IMG/VR virus record: IMGVR_UViG_3300037313_001338
Location: 1-54,287 of that record
Strand: one strand, 5' to 3'
DNA: 54,287 nucleotides
Source: a virus
Lineage: Duplodnaviria; Caudoviricetes
Part shown: positions 54,275 to 54,287 of the stretch, piece by piece
Position numbering within the stretch: the first letter of the stretch is position 1
How the letters are laid out: every line of letters begins with the position of its first letter
The notes under the pieces: generated by a model
Databases searched by the model: none
What the model was told of the DNA's origin: nothing
What the model saw: only the letters and a program-made list of their open reading frames with translations
Program-made: the position numbers and the translations under genes

Positions 54275-54287
54275 AGACGCCTGGGTT
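54267..54287 (+). CDS. 3'-partial ORF (MTEDAWV...)
   Basis: RBS GAGG; runs off the window edge. Confidence 0.5.

Larger units (their letters stand above)
1..54287. mobile_element. Temperate-type podovirus genome or prophage of an alphaproteobacterium, probably near-complete and circularly permuted
   Basis: Immunity, replication, recombination, packaging, head, short-tail/ejection and lysis modules all present; no host housekeeping context at either end. Confidence 0.93.

Noticed and set aside
1-54287. CRISPR array, IS element, reverse transcriptase/DGR
   Set aside because: No regularly spaced repeats, transposase or RT motifs seen by eye

Overview
GC-rich alphaproteobacterial (Caulobacteraceae-like, judged from its GcrA, GapR and PEPxxWA-CTERM genes) podovirus with lambdoid regulation. 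The window probably holds essentially the whole circularly permuted genome, because the + strand accessory operon at the right end appears to continue into bases 1-560 with one base missing at the junction. The minus strand, read right to left, carries cro, a cII-like gene, gapR, gcrA, a beta clamp, an SF2 helicase, N6/N4 and C5 DNA methyltransferases, DnaB, a DUF1376 initiator, a SLOG protein and a NusG-like antiterminator. The late operon follows: terminase, P22-like portal, scaffold, capsid, gp4/gp10-like proteins, GNAT, three ejection proteins, tail genes and a lysis cassette. The plus strand carries a short repressor, a recombination module (Gp157, RecT/Bet, SSB, exonuclease) and many small accessory genes. 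I could not find an integrase, partition system, tRNA or CRISPR array. The most unusual elements are three tail-region genes with export signal peptides facing a PEP-CTERM moron, an RHH-containing two-gene moron with a palindromic promoter, a divergent GcrA near two methyltransferases and a GANTC-bearing late promoter, a multi-stem RNA candidate among the head genes, an HTH-metallophosphoesterase inside the lysis cassette, and a gene nested in the C5 methyltransferase. All family calls come from motif recognition by eye; no searches were run.
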